From assembly GCF_018977255.1 (NCBI RefSeq), contig NW_024704742.1, forward strand, positions 61,320,001 to 61,384,000: a DNA stretch of 64,000 nucleotides, given 5' to 3'. Positions 52,381 through 64,000 of this stretch are shown here, piece by piece; the stretch's first letter is position 1, and each line of letters begins with the position of its first letter. The translations under genes were made by a program, and so were the position numbers. The stretch comes from Callorhinchus milii. Lineage: Eukaryota. The notes beneath the pieces were generated by a model. That model searched no databases and was not told the DNA's origin. It saw nothing but the letters and a program-made list of their open reading frames with translations.

Positions 52381-53001
52381 CTAGAGAATGGAGGCAAAGT
52401 GGCCAAAAGCTTGGCTACTGGTGGTAGAAGGAACGTGATTACAATGACTGGTTAAACTTTGGCAGTACTGGTTTAGGCATGGTGATGGGTCTCTGGCAGA
52501 GACCCAGCTGACTTTACAAAAGTACTGGAAGGAAGGAATGAGGAACAAATAGTAGACTAGACTTGGACAAACATCAAACATGCAGTTTAGGCTGGGCAAT
52601 CAGTTTTGAGGAGATAGGAACAAAGGAAAATTGGATTTAGAGGAGGCTATTCAGTTTTCAAGCCTGTTCCACCAGATCTTTAAATTCCAGGTCCATTCCA
52701 TTTTGTCATAAATTACTTTTCACAAGACCCCATAATATCTCTACTATCCAACTGTCTGTCTAATTGCACCTAATCATTGCACACTTTGCCGTTAAGACTG
52801 TTAAGTTCAGTTATTAGTGCTCTTCTCTGAATTCAGTGTAACTACACTAATATCAATCTATGCATCATGAAGAGCAATAGCAGTAATATATTTTGGTGTC
52901 AAAGGATTAGATATAAAATTGGAAAGAAAAACAATTGTTCCCAGTTAATCCAGATTGCAGTATCTTTCTCGGAATCTTTTCACTTTACCATTGACTGTTA
53001 C

Positions 53002-53056
53002 CAGCTACGTTCCAGTTCATGCTCCAGTAACCCAATGGTACTATCTCTACGTAATA
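53002..53056 (-). CDS. Exon (0->1) YYVEIVPLGYWSMNWNVA
   Basis: Acceptor atctgcag, donor G|gtaaca; resembles the Mab-21 YVVQITP..W strand. Confidence 0.5.
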
Positions 53057-54093
53057 CTGCAGATTGATCTAATGAAACATCAGAAATCACTGTGCTCTTA
53101 TTGAGTCACTAATGATTTGTAACACATGTAACACTCTGTGAAGCTGCATGAAATCTTTCTACATTCCAGAGAATATTTTAGTATCCCTGTCGCAGGCACT
53201 TTATTGTCTTTCTTTGATCTCCGAACTTCATTGTTTATTGATAATAATAAAAAAAATTAAAATTCAAGTAGACTGCATTCTGAATCATGAGATCGCATCG
53301 CTGTCTGTAGTTTCTTTTGATCTTTCAAAACAAGCAGACTCATGTCATGCTTATACTAATAATAATCCTTTATTTAATACCACCTTATCGCGGTGAGACG
53401 CGACCCTGCGTGGAGGGCGCTATATAAGTGCATGTTGTTGTCTCGTCTAGGTGTCTCACAGAGCTTCACAGGATTTACTGTAAAGTGTAATGGTTGTGTA
53501 TGTAGGCACATGGGGAAGCCAATTTGTACACAGCAATTTATGTATTTGTAGGTGAACTCACAGCAGAAAACAAATGTTCACCCACAAATACACAGTCACT
53601 CCACTTACAGTAAATCCCATAAAGCACTTTGGGATGTCCTCTTGAAATGAAAACCACTATACCAAATTCAATAATAACTATTAAATTATTGATATATCCA
53701 ACATTTTCTGTTCTTTTTTCAGATTACCAGAAGTCATAGCTTTTCCAATTATTGAAGGAATGTTATTTTCAAAGTGTTCAGATACTGTTGGAGAGGGAAA
53801 AGTGCATGTAATTGTGGTTAGGAGACAAGGCTTCACTGAAGAAGCAAACACTAACTAATGCAATGGATTGAATGGGTTCCTGTTGCATCCTAGACTTCTG
53901 TTGCATGTACCAAAAATTAAGTGGCAACTACAATGCATTCTGCCCACCTAGTGATAAAAGTCAAATACACATGCCAGTCTCTGATCAGTCACATTAATAC
54001 AGTAATAAGGAGGCAAATACACAAAATAAATAGTGCACATATAGGGAGGATACTTGTATATTTTTTAGAAATCTAGTGGTTTGGAAATTATTG

Positions 54094-54450
54094 TAGTCCC
54101 ATAACGTAGTGGTTAGAGCACTTACCTTGCAAGCAAGGGTGGGATGAAACCTTAGGCAAGTTTCCTTACACCACACACCTCTATTTACCTAGCAATAAGT
54201 AGAAAACAGTTGTTGGTCAATTATCGGATTGCTTTTTAGGGGTAATAATCTTTTATAAAAAAAAGTAAAAAAAATTTGGTCACTCAATACACGACTGTTT
54301 GTGAGATGCTGCTGTGCTCAATTGGCTGCCAGGTTTCACCCACAAACTATACAGTCAATTAATTTTACAGTATATTCTGTTAAGCGCTTTGAGATGTATT
54401 GAAGATGTGATCAGGTGCTATATCAAAATGCAAGAATTATTATTATTATT
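54094..54450 (+). mobile_element. SINE (long subfamily)
   Basis: Head, extra segment, body and tail. Confidence 0.8.
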
Positions 54451-55039
54451 TCAAAAAGTGCAATAACAATGTTTGTAAGTATGAGTTAAGGTGACTAATG
54501 GAGTTTGTAACTGTAATTTAGTTTTGGTCTATGGGGATCTATATATTTTTTCTCTGACAATTCTTGTGGGGTTTTTTCATCCATTTAATCTGGCCCACAG
54601 CTGTCCCAATCCTTTCAGTACTGTATTCAATTTGTCTGCTGGAAAGTTTCCAAGCTCTGAATCTAACCTAGATTTGTTGTTAAGGACTATGAAAGGTACC
54701 GCATATTGCTTAGAGACTGTGCACGTGTATGGGTTAAGTCCAGCTTTGGGTTCTGCATTAAATGGCTGAGTGAATTATCAGTATCTGATAACATGCAACA
54801 ATAAACTGATAATCATAGGAACTATTTGGATGAGTGTAGATGGGATGTTATGCAATAGTGTGTTTCTGTCATGTTTCCAAGAGAGTATTGACACAGCAAT
54901 CTAATGAAAGTAGACATCATTGTCAAGACTGTTGTAATTGATGCAGCTTTTACATGTTTTTATTAGGGAGCTTTGGGAACTTTGGCTTCTTGCTACCCAT
55001 CAACAGGTGCTTTACTGCATCACTTATTACATATTACAT

Positions 55040-55905
55040 ACAACGTGCGCAAAACTGAGGCCCACCTGATTGGCTCGTGTCAGCGCCTCTGCACCTCAGG
55101 CGCTGACAGCATCAGCATCCAAGGCTGCACTCTCCATCTCTCAAAGCCGTCAGCAACCTCGGGGTTCTGTTCGACCCTGAGCTGTCCTTTCTTCCTCATA
55201 TCCGCGCCACAACTGGCACCGCCTTCCATCACCTCCGAAACATCGCCAGACTACGGCACTACCTCACCCCTCACGCGGCTGAAACTCTGGTTCACGCTTT
55301 AATCACCTCAAGGCTGGACTATGGGAACTCTCTCCTCTCCGGCCTTCCCAGCACCTCCCTCCACAAGCTGCAGGTCATTCAGAACTCTGCAGCTCGTGTA
55401 CTGTCCCGCACCAGGACCACATCACTCCCACCCTCGCTCGCCTCCACTGGCTCCCCATCCCCCAGAGGATCGAATCCAAGATCCTCATTCTCACCTACAA
55501 GGCCATTCACGGCCTCGCTCCCTCCTACCTTTCCGACCTACTATCCCTCTACCTACCTGCCCGTACCCTCCATTCCTCTGGCTCTGGTCTGCTCAACATC
55601 CCCCGCCTCAACCGCCCTCCCATCGGTGGCCGGGCCTTCAGCCTCTCAGCCCCTAGGCTCTGGAACTCTATCCCCCAGTGCCTTCGCCGCCTCCTCCCTT
55701 TCCTCCTTCAAGGCCGGTCTCAAGACCTTTCTCTTTGACCGTGCCTTCAGCTCCCCTCTCGATTCTCTACCCACTCCTCGCTCCCTCCCTTCCCTCCCCT
55801 CACCCTGACCATTTCCCCCCTGCTCAGGACCTGATCCAACTGTCCAGCACCTTGGGACGTCCTCCCGACGTGAAAGGCACTCTATAAATTAAATCTTGTT
55901 GTTGT
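55040..55905 (+). mobile_element. Young L2 3' fragment, sibling of 20880..21750
   Basis: Near-identical to the 20.9-21.7 kb copy; TTG tail. Confidence 0.9.
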
Positions 55906-58782
55906 ACAGGATAAGTATTTCAGCAATGTCCTTCATATCTAGGCTTTGTTGGACTAAAACTACCTTTATCCCTACAATAAGAATACTAATAATAACAATA
56001 TTTGGATGTAATGTAGCACCTTTCATTTTAAGAGGATGTCTCAAAGTACTTCATGGGATTTACTGTAAAGTGTAATAACTATTTTGTGGACGAACACATT
56101 TCTCACCTAATTTCAAAAACTTGATAAACATTAAAACAAATTTAGGAGCATGAAGATGTAAATATTCTAGTGGTAATATGCTCTAAGCTGTTTAGATTTG
56201 AAAAACAAATCTCAGAGAAACTATCTTGAGGTATATAAGATGCTAAATTAGATAACCAAAGTAACGCAGAAGAATAATTTACAGTATTTTCAAATATGTC
56301 AAGGTCACAGGACAAGAGGTCAAATGTTCAGAGTCATGAAGGACACCGTGAGGTTAGCATTTCTTTCCTTAGAGTATGATCAAAGGCTGCAACTGATTTC
56401 CAGGAAAGGTGGTTGAGAACAGGACACTAGGCTCGTTTAAGATGCAGCTTGATATTATAATTCGAAAATGATAGGGTGGCTACTTTGGAAAAATTAATTG
56501 AAATGGGCCAAAGCCTCTCTTGGATCTTGTGAATGGGATTAAACAAGATAACTTAAGTTGGGGAGTGGGGCTAAGTGAGGAAGGGAAGCTAGCTCTTGCA
56601 GTCGTATTGAGCTGAACAGTCCCCTTTCTGTGCTGTGCAAATTCCTTTGATTTCAGGATTAGTCTCTCAGTCACACAGAAGATATCAACAAACTCGTTAT
56701 ACAAGATTGACTGATGCTAATAGAATAAATAAAACAAGAATGTTTTTAAATGTTTCCATAGAAAAATATTAAAATGCTGCATCTTGAGCAATGCATTTAA
56801 ATACCACGCTGAGTCTCTGAGGTGCAGGATTTGTGAACCTTTGGTACTTCAAGGCAAATTATCTTTAGATATTGTGTGCCACATATTTACTTTGTTGCAG
56901 AATATTTAAAAAAATAGTTTCAAGGACCTTTATTTGCATTCACAGTGAAGAATTAGATCAAAAAGCTTCAAGGCAGGTTATGTAGCTTCATGAATACCAT
57001 TAGCCAGCCTACTGCAGCAGAATTATACTGTATAAACTGTGCAAACACTAAAACATTGCATCTCTATCAAATGTTCAGGCACCATATTCTATAAAAGGTT
57101 ACAATACTCTTGGTTATGCTTCAAGCAAAATATTTCTCAACACAAGCTATTCATATTTTAATTTAAAAATTTAGCACGTTTAAATAATTTGGTAAATAAA
57201 TCTAGAGGCAGAACCCCCACCCCCCCCCCCACACACACACACACAAACACACAATGCTTCAAGGGTAAAGTATTATACAATTCCAAATGTGTTAAAAAAT
57301 CTGAGTGGGGCAAGTATAAGATTAGAGATGATTCTCATCAAAAAATGTTATACAGGATTATTCTACTCCGTTTGCTGAATTAAATGAACTCATTGATGTG
57401 TCCTGGGTTATTCTCATCTGTTTGCTAATCGTAACAACTGTACTCTTATCAATAATTGTTTAACTATTATATTTGAAACAGTAGAAAATTGTGGGATAAT
57501 GATCGCTGGTGATGATAATAATGATCTTGAATTTGATACAGGATTCACATTGAGAAGGTCACATCAAAAAGCTTTGCAGGGTTTACTGTAAAATATACTG
57601 ACTGTATTCTGTAGGCAAATGCAACAGCCTATTTGTGCACAGCAATTTCTTTCAACAGGTATGAAATGAATCACTAGTTTAATTTGGATTGTTGGCCAAA
57701 ACACCAGCAGAAACTCCCACGTTTTTGAATAGTCATGGGATCCTTAATGTTTATCAAAAGATGCAGGTGGGACCTCAGTTTAACGTCTCATCTGAAGGAC
57801 AGCACGTCTGACAATACAGAATTCTTCCTGCATTGTTTTGGAGTGTCAGCATAGACTATGAATTCAAAGTCTTAAATTGGGCCTTGAATTCGCAATCTTT
57901 TGACTCAGAGATGAGAATGCTACCAATGTAACAAAACTAATAATGTCACATGGACAGAAATCGTTCTCTAAGGACATGTTTTAAGGAAAAGTTTTAAATG
58001 CATTTCCTGTTCAAAGTGCTAATTATCACATCACACATTGTATATTTCACATGTTTTACTTGTCATACAATTTTACACATAATTTAGAATTTGTAACATT
58101 CATTTATAAGCATGAATAAAGAAAAACTAAAATGACCAGGCAATGTCGAATATCTTAGGAAACATCATTGGGTTAAATAGATTTACCAAACAAGTTTAAC
58201 TCAATGCGACTTCTCTGTGATAATTTAACTCGGTTACTGTTTCTGTGACTTTCCATCACTGACAACCTTCATTATCTTAAATATACTTGCAACTTCTCAT
58301 CAATGGGACAGTGAGCAATGATAAGTCAACGTGTGCCAATAGTTTTCTGATTTATTTAAATGGCAATTTGAAATGCCTGATTTGCCAACTTGCCAATTAG
58401 TGATACAATTTAAATGACTTTGGTGTATAAGCTAATTTCCACAGCAAAATGAACTGAGCTCTGCCATGCTGGGATTCCTTCTGTTTATAGTGCACACAAA
58501 TGACTGGGACATGCAGATTCAATGCGAGGTAATTTAAAACTGTAGAGGACACTAAAAGCTGAGATGGGAGTGAGGAATTGTGGAATCATAGGAGGCAGCC
58601 AAGATCGTACAAAGAGGAGCACCACTGTTGACCACTGAAAAATAAAGTTGAATACAATCAAAAGCAAACTACTGCAGATAGAATATATAAGGAGCAGGCA
58701 CATGTACTCAATGGATGGGATAGAACTTACCATGGGGTGGTTGACAGAGATCTTACTGATTCATCGCTCATCATGTTCAAGC

Positions 58783-59270
58783 ATAGAATTGTAGAATTAT
58801 ACAGCACAGAAGAAGGCGATTTGGCCCATTGTGTCTGTGTTGGCTCTTTGAAAAGAGCTATCCAATTCAATCCCATTCCCCTGCTCTCTCCCCATAGCCC
58901 TGCAAACTTGAACTTTCCAAATAATTATTACTTCTCTTAAAAGTTGTTATCAAATCGGCTTCCATTATCCTTTCAGGCAATGCATTCCAGATCCAAACAA
59001 CTTGCTATGTGAAACAATTTCTCCTCACCTCCCCTCTGTTTCTTTTAAGAACTATTTTAAATCAGTGTCCTCAGGTTACCGATCCACCCGCCATGAGAAA
59101 TTATTTCCACTGGCGGTTGGGTCGGTAACCCGAGGTCACAAATTTAAAATAGTTGTTAAAAGAAACAGGGCTGAGGAAAGATGAATTGGATAGCTCTATT
59201 CAAAGACCCGGCACAGACACGATGGGCCAAATGGCTTCCTTCTGTGCTGTATAATTCTATGATTCTATGA
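58783..59270. mobile_element. Divergent pair of CR1 3' ends (minus 58783..59095, plus 59100..59270)
   Basis: catagaattgtagaa and ttctatgattctatga tails; tgggccaaatggcttccttctgtgctgt. Confidence 0.75.
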
Positions 59271-60602
59271 AGCAGTGATAAACAAGGCAAACAGGATGCT
59301 GGGCTACATTGACTTCAGGTCCCCAAATCTTTGCTCAAGCTGTGAAGTGCTATAGTCAGAACATGTTTATTATTATCATAGTAATAATACTTGCTTTTGG
59401 GTATAGGGCCATGCATGTCCCAAAGCACTTCACAGGTTACATTGTAAGGTCAATAACTGTGTGATTTTATGAGAGAACATAGCAGTCAAATTGGGCACAG
59501 CAATGCCCCACAAACAGTTAATATGATGGATGGATGAATGAATGATGAAGTTTATTTGAGGGATCATTGGCCAGGATACCGCAAGAATCTTCCTTTTTTC
59601 GAATAGTGCCATAGGATCTTTAACATCCACCTGAACAGACAAAAATTTTACACCTCATCTGAAGGACGGCATTTCCAACAATGCAGCATCTGCATTGCAT
59701 TGGAGTGACAACATAGAATTCATGAGTTCCAAGTCTCGAAAGGAGCTTGAATCCACAGCCTTCTGACTCAGAGGTGAGTCACTTCTGGTCACTGCTGTGC
59801 GCAATTTGCTGCTGTGTTTCACCCACAAAATATACAGTCAATTCACTTTACAGTATATTCTGTGAAGTGCTTTGAGACATCTCAAATATGTGATAAGGCA
59901 CTATATCAAATGCAAGGATTATTATTATGTTATATAAAGCAAACATTGACCTATCATTATTTCAATAATGTTATTGTAAATAGCAACATCAATCTTCCCT
60001 CACTATGAAATCTGCATAATTTGAAATGTATGCCTGACACAACTTTCTTCTTGTTACCTCATTCTCATTCTTACTCATTTGACTCCTTCCATCGGTGTTG
60101 ACCAGCAACATTGACCTTGACTTTTTAATCTCTCAGCCTCTCAATTGGAAAACAATTACACATCTGATATTAATATCAACATAACCTTCATCCATTTACT
60201 TGAAATGACCTATACATAATTGTAAAAATTGGCAGCAACATGGAGAAAATGAAATAGCATAGCTCACATTAATATTTTAGGAGTTCCATAAATATTGGAA
60301 ATGCACCTGGAGGTTAGAAAAAATCTGAATCAATGAAAAAATAAGAAGTAAAATTGGAGCTGAGGAATTACAGACCAGTTGACCTAACTTTGTTTATACT
60401 GAAAATACTCTAGAGTACCTGATGAGGCACAACCAGAGGCCATAATGAGCCAACATAGATTGAGAAAGAACAGTGATATCCTTGGGAGGAGGTACTAGAT
60501 CATTCTATCAAGTAGATATATTAAATATTCAGAAGAATCTGAATTCACTGGAGGTGAACTTTTTTGTTGCTCATCAACTGCCTAAAAGTGTAACTGCTCT
60601 AC

Positions 60603-60724
60603 ATAGATAAAGGCAGCAGAACTCGAGGAAGTCCTGGTCCCTCCCCTCGAGGGGAGAGCGAGGAATCCGCCACAAGGGGATGGGTCTGTTGCGGTTTGTA
60701 ATGGGTTTGAAAGATTTGCATTTT
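60603..60724 (-). CDS. Candidate exon KCKSFKPITNRNRPIPLWRIPRSPLEGRDQDFLEFCCLYL
   Basis: Acceptor tttgtttttaaag; locally GC/CpG-richer unique sequence; donor uncertain (gtagag). Confidence 0.4.
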
Positions 60725-60879
60725 CTTTAAAAACAAAGTAACCACTTTATAAATTAGTTCACCAAATCGCAGGGAAAGCCAAAGCCCCATCAGGTATACC
60801 TAAGAAACAATGCTGAGTGAAATTTTTTCCAATGTCTCGCAATGAAAATCTGCTCTAAACTAAATGTCAGAAGAGCACG

Positions 60880-61475
60880 ATAACAACAACAATGACAGAA
60901 TTACATTTGTAAAGTGCCTTTCACATCAGGGGGACATCCCAAGGCACTGAACAGTCAGGGATCAGGACACAAGCGTTGGTGGGCTGGGTTGGGGTGAGGG
61001 AGGGCAGAGAAGTAGGAGTGTGGCCGAAGGCACAGTTAAAAAGGATTGTCTTGAGTCATGCCTTGAAGGAGGCACGAGATGGAGCAAGTGAAGGGATTAT
61101 GGGATAGAGTTCCAAAGAGTGTGGGCCGAGAAGCTGAAAACCAGTTTGCTGATTGTAGGGCGGATCGAGCAGGAGACATGGAGCAAGCTGGAGCCGCTGA
61201 ACGGAGGGAGCAGGCAGGTTGATAGGGTGTCAGCAGGTCAGAGATGTGGGAGGGGCAAGGCAATGGAAGGCCTTGAAGGTAAGGACGAGGATTTTGAATT
61301 CTATCCTCTGAGGGATGGGAAGCCAGTGGAGCCGGGCAAGGGTGGTGGTGATGGGGTCATGGAGCTGGTGAGGGAGAGGACATGAGCTGCAGAGTTCTGG
61401 ATGATTCGTAACTTGTGGAGGGAAGAGTTGGGGAGGCCGACAAGGAGGGAGTTTCTGTAGTTGAGCCCTAAAGTG
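60880..61475 (-). mobile_element. L2 3' fragment
   Basis: LARLHWLPIPQRIEFKIL; CAA tail. Confidence 0.85.
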
Positions 61476-63229
61476 ACGAATGTATGTATGCATATACTTA
61501 CTCAAAGTACAAAACTTAGCCAACTTATTGTACACAGTAAATGATTTCCCTCATTGTTGGTCTCTAAACAGTTTAATAATATATAATGTAGAAAGGTACA
61601 GAGCTTAACTCTCATCTTTTGGCCTAGAATCAGGAATGCAATTTTCATGAATAAAAAGTGGATCCAAGACTCCACATGGAGAAATATTAATATGTTTAAC
61701 TCTTATTCAATATACTCAGTGCCATGACCTAATTCGGATAGGAAATTTAATGAACCTTGAATACACTTTAAATCATGACTGTTCAGTGATTATTTGGGAA
61801 GGTCAAGTAGATAATCAAAGGGGAAAAAATCTTTACATTTGATTTAGCACCTCATCATGCCATTGAGACATCTCAAAGTGCTTCACAGGATATACTGTAA
61901 AGTGGATTGACTGTGTAATTTGTGGGCGAGACGCCGCAACCAATTGGCACAGCAATGTCTTATAAATAGCCATTGGAGTGAGTGATCAATTTAAATTGGG
62001 GGAATGTTAGCCAGGACACAAGGAGAGAGAATCTCCCTTCTCTTTTAGAATAGTGCCATGGGATTTTAACATCCATCTGAACAGACAGATGGGACTTGGT
62101 TTAACGTCTCATCTGAAGGATAGATCTAATAATTAACTCAATACCTTTTATGTAAAAATAATTATTATCCTTGCACTTAATATAGAGTCTTTCACATTGT
62201 AGGCCCAATAATAATAATGATTTCAAAACTTGAAAGAAGAACATTTATTGCTGTTTTTTTGGAGGTAAACTTGTAGTTCCTAATCCGTGTTAAAAAAACT
62301 GAGATATATTTAAATACATAATGCATGGTAAACAATCTTCCAGATAAAAATTGGTCATTCACTAAATAAGTGCACAAATTGTCTGCAGCATTCTCCTATA
62401 AATTCACTTGATTCTAAAATCATGCATGACCAGTGCATTGAGAAGCCTTGAAGACACGTTAAGGCATTACATCAAATGCAAAATGAAAGGATCATCATAA
62501 TTATCATGAAACTGGTAATATAATTCTGTGAACCTATTCTGTTCCTGCATTTGTTTTCATGCTGAATATTTCTGCAGCAACCTCTGATGTACTCTAGACT
62601 TTAAATTGATGCCTCCCAATAAGTTGGTGCCAGGAGCAATCCACAGGGATCGATTGCAGCTACACTGTTTTGTGCACATACATCAAGTCAAATTGCTAAC
62701 ATTAAATCTTCACATGAACTTCTGAATTTGAGTCAATATTAATTGTATACATATTGATATTTTACATTGGTGCATCTCTAAATTTGTGAAAACAGGATAA
62801 TGGAACTGGCATCTCATATGACATGTTTAGCTACAAAATACAGTCACTACACTTTACAGTAAACCTGTCAAGTGCTTTGAGATGTCCTCTGCATGTCAAA
62901 GGATTGATCTGGAATGCAAGGATTATCATTATCTCAGCAATTTGCCATATTTTACTTCTAAGTAGCTGGAAGGGATTTGTGTCAAATTCTCTCCAGTTCA
63001 CCAAATGTAATAAATGTTAAATCTGGCTCAGTTGATAGCACTCTCACTTCTGAATCAAAAGGATGTGGGTTCAACAACCATGTTGTGAATTTGAACCACA
63101 GACTCTGATGACACTCCAATACTGTGCTGGGTAAGTGCTGCATTGTTGAGATTGCCATCCTTCAGATAAGATGTTAAACTTGGGTCCTGTCTGCTTGATC
63201 AGGTGGATGTCAACAATCCCATTGTCCAA

Positions 63230-63470
63230 GCCAAAAGTCCAAATGTAGGAATTTGGAGTCCATCAGCTGGGAGCCAGGGAGCTTCGCAAGGATTGCGGTG
63301 ATGAGTGTGCAAAGTTTTATATAGGTGAGGATGTGGGCAATGAAGTTTTGGAATGAATTGGATCTAATGAGACCAGGGAGGAGTGCAGTAGAAAAGTCCA
63401 ACCAGGAGGACACTGTAAATGTTTTGGCAACATTTAACGAGAAATAGGGACAGAGGAAGGCATTAAAGGC
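63230..63470 (-). mobile_element. Degenerate L2 fragment
   Basis: SWLDFSTALL-like remnant. Confidence 0.5.
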
Positions 63471-63752
63471 ATAAATTATTGTGCTACCATGGTGGCACAA
63501 TATTGAAATATGACATTGACATTTTCAGAAACCATGATGTATGTGAATTTAAATTGAAAATAAGATTCATAGCTTCGCCGTGGATTAGCAAGATGACTAA
63601 ATTAAGGCAAAGATTTGTGCTAAAAATTTTATTTTTCAAATTAACATTCGAATACAGCATAGGACTCTTAATAATGTCTACAAATGTCATTTTGGTTCCC
63701 TTCAGACATAAATCCACCACATAAGATATTGCCAACTATGAGTTTCAGCTAC

Positions 63753-63830
63753 CCAAATATGTCAAGAATAGGAACATCAACATTTACAACAGAGTGCACT
63801 CTTGTGAGGTCAGAGATGATCCAGCAACAG
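63753..63830 (-). CDS. Candidate exon (phase 2->2) CCWIISDLTRVHSVVNVDVPILDIF(G)
   Basis: Acceptor atactctag, donor GG|gtagct; only one open frame; joins the 60724 exon in phase. Confidence 0.4.
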
Positions 63831-64000
63831 CTAGAGTATAGCACAGCTAGAGCAAAATTAGCTCAGATTAGAATTCAGGAATTGAGTTTTCAGCATCGGG
63901 TTTAGAATTATAGTAGACACAATCTGCCGATATTCTATAAAGTGTGAATAAATATTCATTCTAGTTTGCGTTAAAAAAAAATTAACAAATGTTGAAGCCA

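Larger units (their letters stand above)
3903..63830 (-). other. Predicted multi-exon protein-coding gene, probably extending beyond both listed ends; putative tandem Mab-21/cGAS-like NTase-fold protein
   Basis: 19 AG/GT-bounded exons from 53056 to 3903 are phase-compatible and stop-free. Their motifs occur twice in Mab-21 order: YYVEIVP...VICFQHA...LIRLLRSL...CYILKTMF...HW...VNFLLRDL, then TGEI...NEFVVM...DVHIVIA...VW...RKKCLQ...KFLKMLL...PDWQKKSVQDHIAG. Confidence 0.6.

Noticed and set aside
60641..60656. Perfect 16-bp palindrome CTCCCCTCGAGGGGAG
   Set aside because: A single occurrence inside a candidate exon, with no supporting context.
1..64000. CRISPR arrays, operons, rRNA
   Set aside because: Eukaryotic intronic DNA with no repeat-spacer periodicity or rRNA similarity.

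Overview
Repeat-dense vertebrate genomic DNA. The repeat content (tRNA/Deu-type SINEs with TTA tails, L2 and CR1 LINEs, Penelope-like elements) suggests a cartilaginous fish, possibly a chimaera; this is inference. No prokaryotic features are present, and most ORF-track entries are transposon artefacts. Manual splice reading gives about 19 small minus-strand exons (53056 down to 3903) that join in one phase-compatible open frame, plus probable upstream exons at about 60.6 and 63.8 kb. The deduced protein appears to carry two tandem Mab-21/cGAS-like (cGLR) nucleotidyltransferase-fold domains, the second with degenerate catalytic residues; I do not recognise it as a named gene. The introns also hold a complete non-autonomous Helitron, Penelope-derived minimal hammerhead ribozyme motifs (one inside a palindromic element), and SINE subfamilies that differ by an internal deletion and by their L2-matching tails. 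Exon boundaries were read by eye; repeat boundaries are approximate.
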